DNA from: an uncultured Phycisphaerales bacterium
Lineage (GTDB): Bacteria; Planctomycetota; Phycisphaerae; Sedimentisphaerales; Anaerobacaceae
DNA: 64,000 bases
Assembly: GCA_963772725.1 (NCBI GenBank)
Contig: CAVYYI010000002.1
Span: 430,894 to 494,893 of the forward strand
Reading direction: 5' to 3'
This document shows positions 62,268 through 64,000 of the stretch, piece by piece. The position numbers were made by a program, and so were the translations under genes. How positions within the stretch are numbered: the stretch's first letter is position 1; every line of letters begins with the position of its first letter. The notes below the pieces were generated by a model. It saw nothing but the letters and a program-made list of their open reading frames with translations, was not told where the DNA came from and searched no databases.

Positions 62268-64000
62268 TCAGCTTATCTTTTTAAATTCTTCCGCAATTTC
62301 CTTTGGCAGATGTTTCCCGAACTGCTGGAGGAAGCTTCCTATCTCCTGAATTTCATCCTTCCACTCGCTCATATTGACCTCAAACAGTTTTTTCAGGTTC
62401 TCCTGCGGAATATTTAATCCCTCGAGGTTCAAATCCTTTGCTTTGGGAACCATTCCGATAGGCGTCTGGTCGGCTGAGACCGTATTGTTGACCCTGTCAA
62501 TAATCCACTTCAAGACACGGATATTGTCTCCGAAGCCCGGCCAGATGAATTTCCCGTTATCATCCGTCCTGAACCAGTTCACAGAGTATATTTTCGGCGG
62601 ATTGGCCATCTTTTTGCCGACGCTGAGCCAATGGCCGAAATAATCGCCCATATTGTAACCGCAGAAAGGAATCATCGCCATGGGGTCTCTTCTGAGCTGG
62701 CCTACGGCGCCTGTTGCCGCCGCGGTCGTTTCGGAACCCATTCTGGCGCCACTGAATACACCGTTCTGCCAGTTAAAGGCCTCAACAACTAAAGGCATAA
62801 GCTGTGTTCTTTTGCCTCCGAATATTATCGCTGAAATCGGTACGCCCTTTGGATTGTCATATTCGGGCGATAAGGTTGGGCAATTATATGTGGATACGGT
62901 GAACCTTGAATTTGGGTGTGCGGCCTTTGTGCCTGAGGCTTTGTCCCAAACTTTGCCCTGCCAATCGAGCATGTGCTGCGGTACAGGACCGTCCACGCCT
63001 TCCCACCACGGCTCTTTCTTATCAGTATCTATCGCGGTGTTGGTAAACAGCGTCGGGTAGAATTTATTATTTTTCAAGGTATCCATCATCCTCGGATTGG
63101 TTTTTCTGGAAGTGCCTGGCGCCACGCCAAAGAAGCCGGATTCCGGGTTGATTGCCCATAATCTGCCGTCAGGCCCGACATTCAGCCATGCGATATCATC
63201 TCCGAGCGTCCATATCTTGTAACCCGGCAGCGCGGATTGCAGCATCGCCAGGTTGGTCTTGCCGCAAGCGCTTGGAAATGCAGCGGTAATATATGTAATC
63301 TTGCCCTGCGGGTCTTCAACGCCCAGAATCACCATGTGTCAGCGAGCCATCCCTCTCTGTATCCCTGACAAGAGGCTATACGCAGCGAAAAACATTTCTT
63401 TCCCAAAAGCGCGTTTCCGCCGTAACCTGAGCCGATACTCCAGACAAAATTCTCATCCGGGAAATGCATAATAAAACGCTTGTTCGCGTCGAAATCGCCC
63501 ACCGAATGCAAACCCTTGACGAAGTTCTCGCTGTTGCCGATTTTATCAAGCACGCCCTTGTTCATTCTGGTCATTATTCGCATACTCACCGCCACGTAGG
63601 AAATGTCGGTAATCTGTACGCAGGCTTTGGCGTAAGGCGAATCAGGATGACCCATCATATAAGGCAGGACATACATTGTTTTGCCGCGCATGCACCCGTC
63701 GGACAATGCCGCGAGCTTCTTTTTCGCCTCGGATGGCTCCATCCAGTTGTTGTTAGGCCCCGCGGTTTCCTTATCATGATGACAAACGAATGTCAGATGC
63801 TCCGTGCGGGCAACGTCTGTCGGGTGACTCCTGTGATAGTATGCGTTAGGCCATACTTTCTGATTTAACTGCTCAAATACGGGGGTGCCGTTGATATTTT
63901 CTTCACGCATCCCTATTTCTATAAGTCTGTGTGCTTCTTCTTCCGAACCATCGCACCAAATAACCCTGTCAGGCTTGGTAAGCCTGGCCTGTTCTTCAAC
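62268..64000 (-). CDS. pckG: GTP-dependent phosphoenolpyruvate carboxykinase, 5' end outside window, frameshift near 63335
   Basis: DVARTE, GSGYGGNALLGKKCFSLR, AAFPSACGKTNLAM, GDDIAW, AHPNSRF, DPMAM.PFCGY. Confidence 0.93.

Noticed and set aside
1..64000. CRISPR array, tRNA or rRNA genes
   Set aside because: No regularly spaced repeat-spacer array or cloverleaf/rRNA signature was found by eye; tRNAscan-SE and Infernal would confirm

Overview
Bacterial chromosomal segment, most likely from an anaerobic planctomycete (Phycisphaerae/Sedimentisphaerales-like). This is inferred from H-X9-DG prepilin-like proteins, XylR-type regulators, a GLUG protein with a dockerin-like tail, and lpxB. It is mostly housekeeping and metabolism: lysA, nadD, gpsA, hflX, rpsU, pilT/pilB, cinA, cysK, lpxB, lepA, a PrsA-like foldase, a GT4-GH57-debranching glycogen cluster, H+-PPase and GTP-PEPCK. 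It also holds a 12-gene membrane-bound group 4 [NiFe]-hydrogenase operon with counterparts of the 11 core complex I subunits. Mobile or accessory parts are a RAYT with four REP hairpins, a 1.5-kb IS with TSD and a -1 slippery site, and a small island (orphan phage-type initiator with iterons, repeat-flanked GLUG gene, AbrB/PIN toxin-antitoxin pair). Features below the ORF track are two candidate sRNAs built from a repeated hairpin with anti-Shine-Dalgarno (CU-rich) loops and two tiny Lys-rich ORFs. A bacterial histone gene is also present. Many conserved genes carry single-base frameshifts that look like sequencing errors, so coordinates of those genes are approximate. No tRNA, rRNA or CRISPR array was seen.
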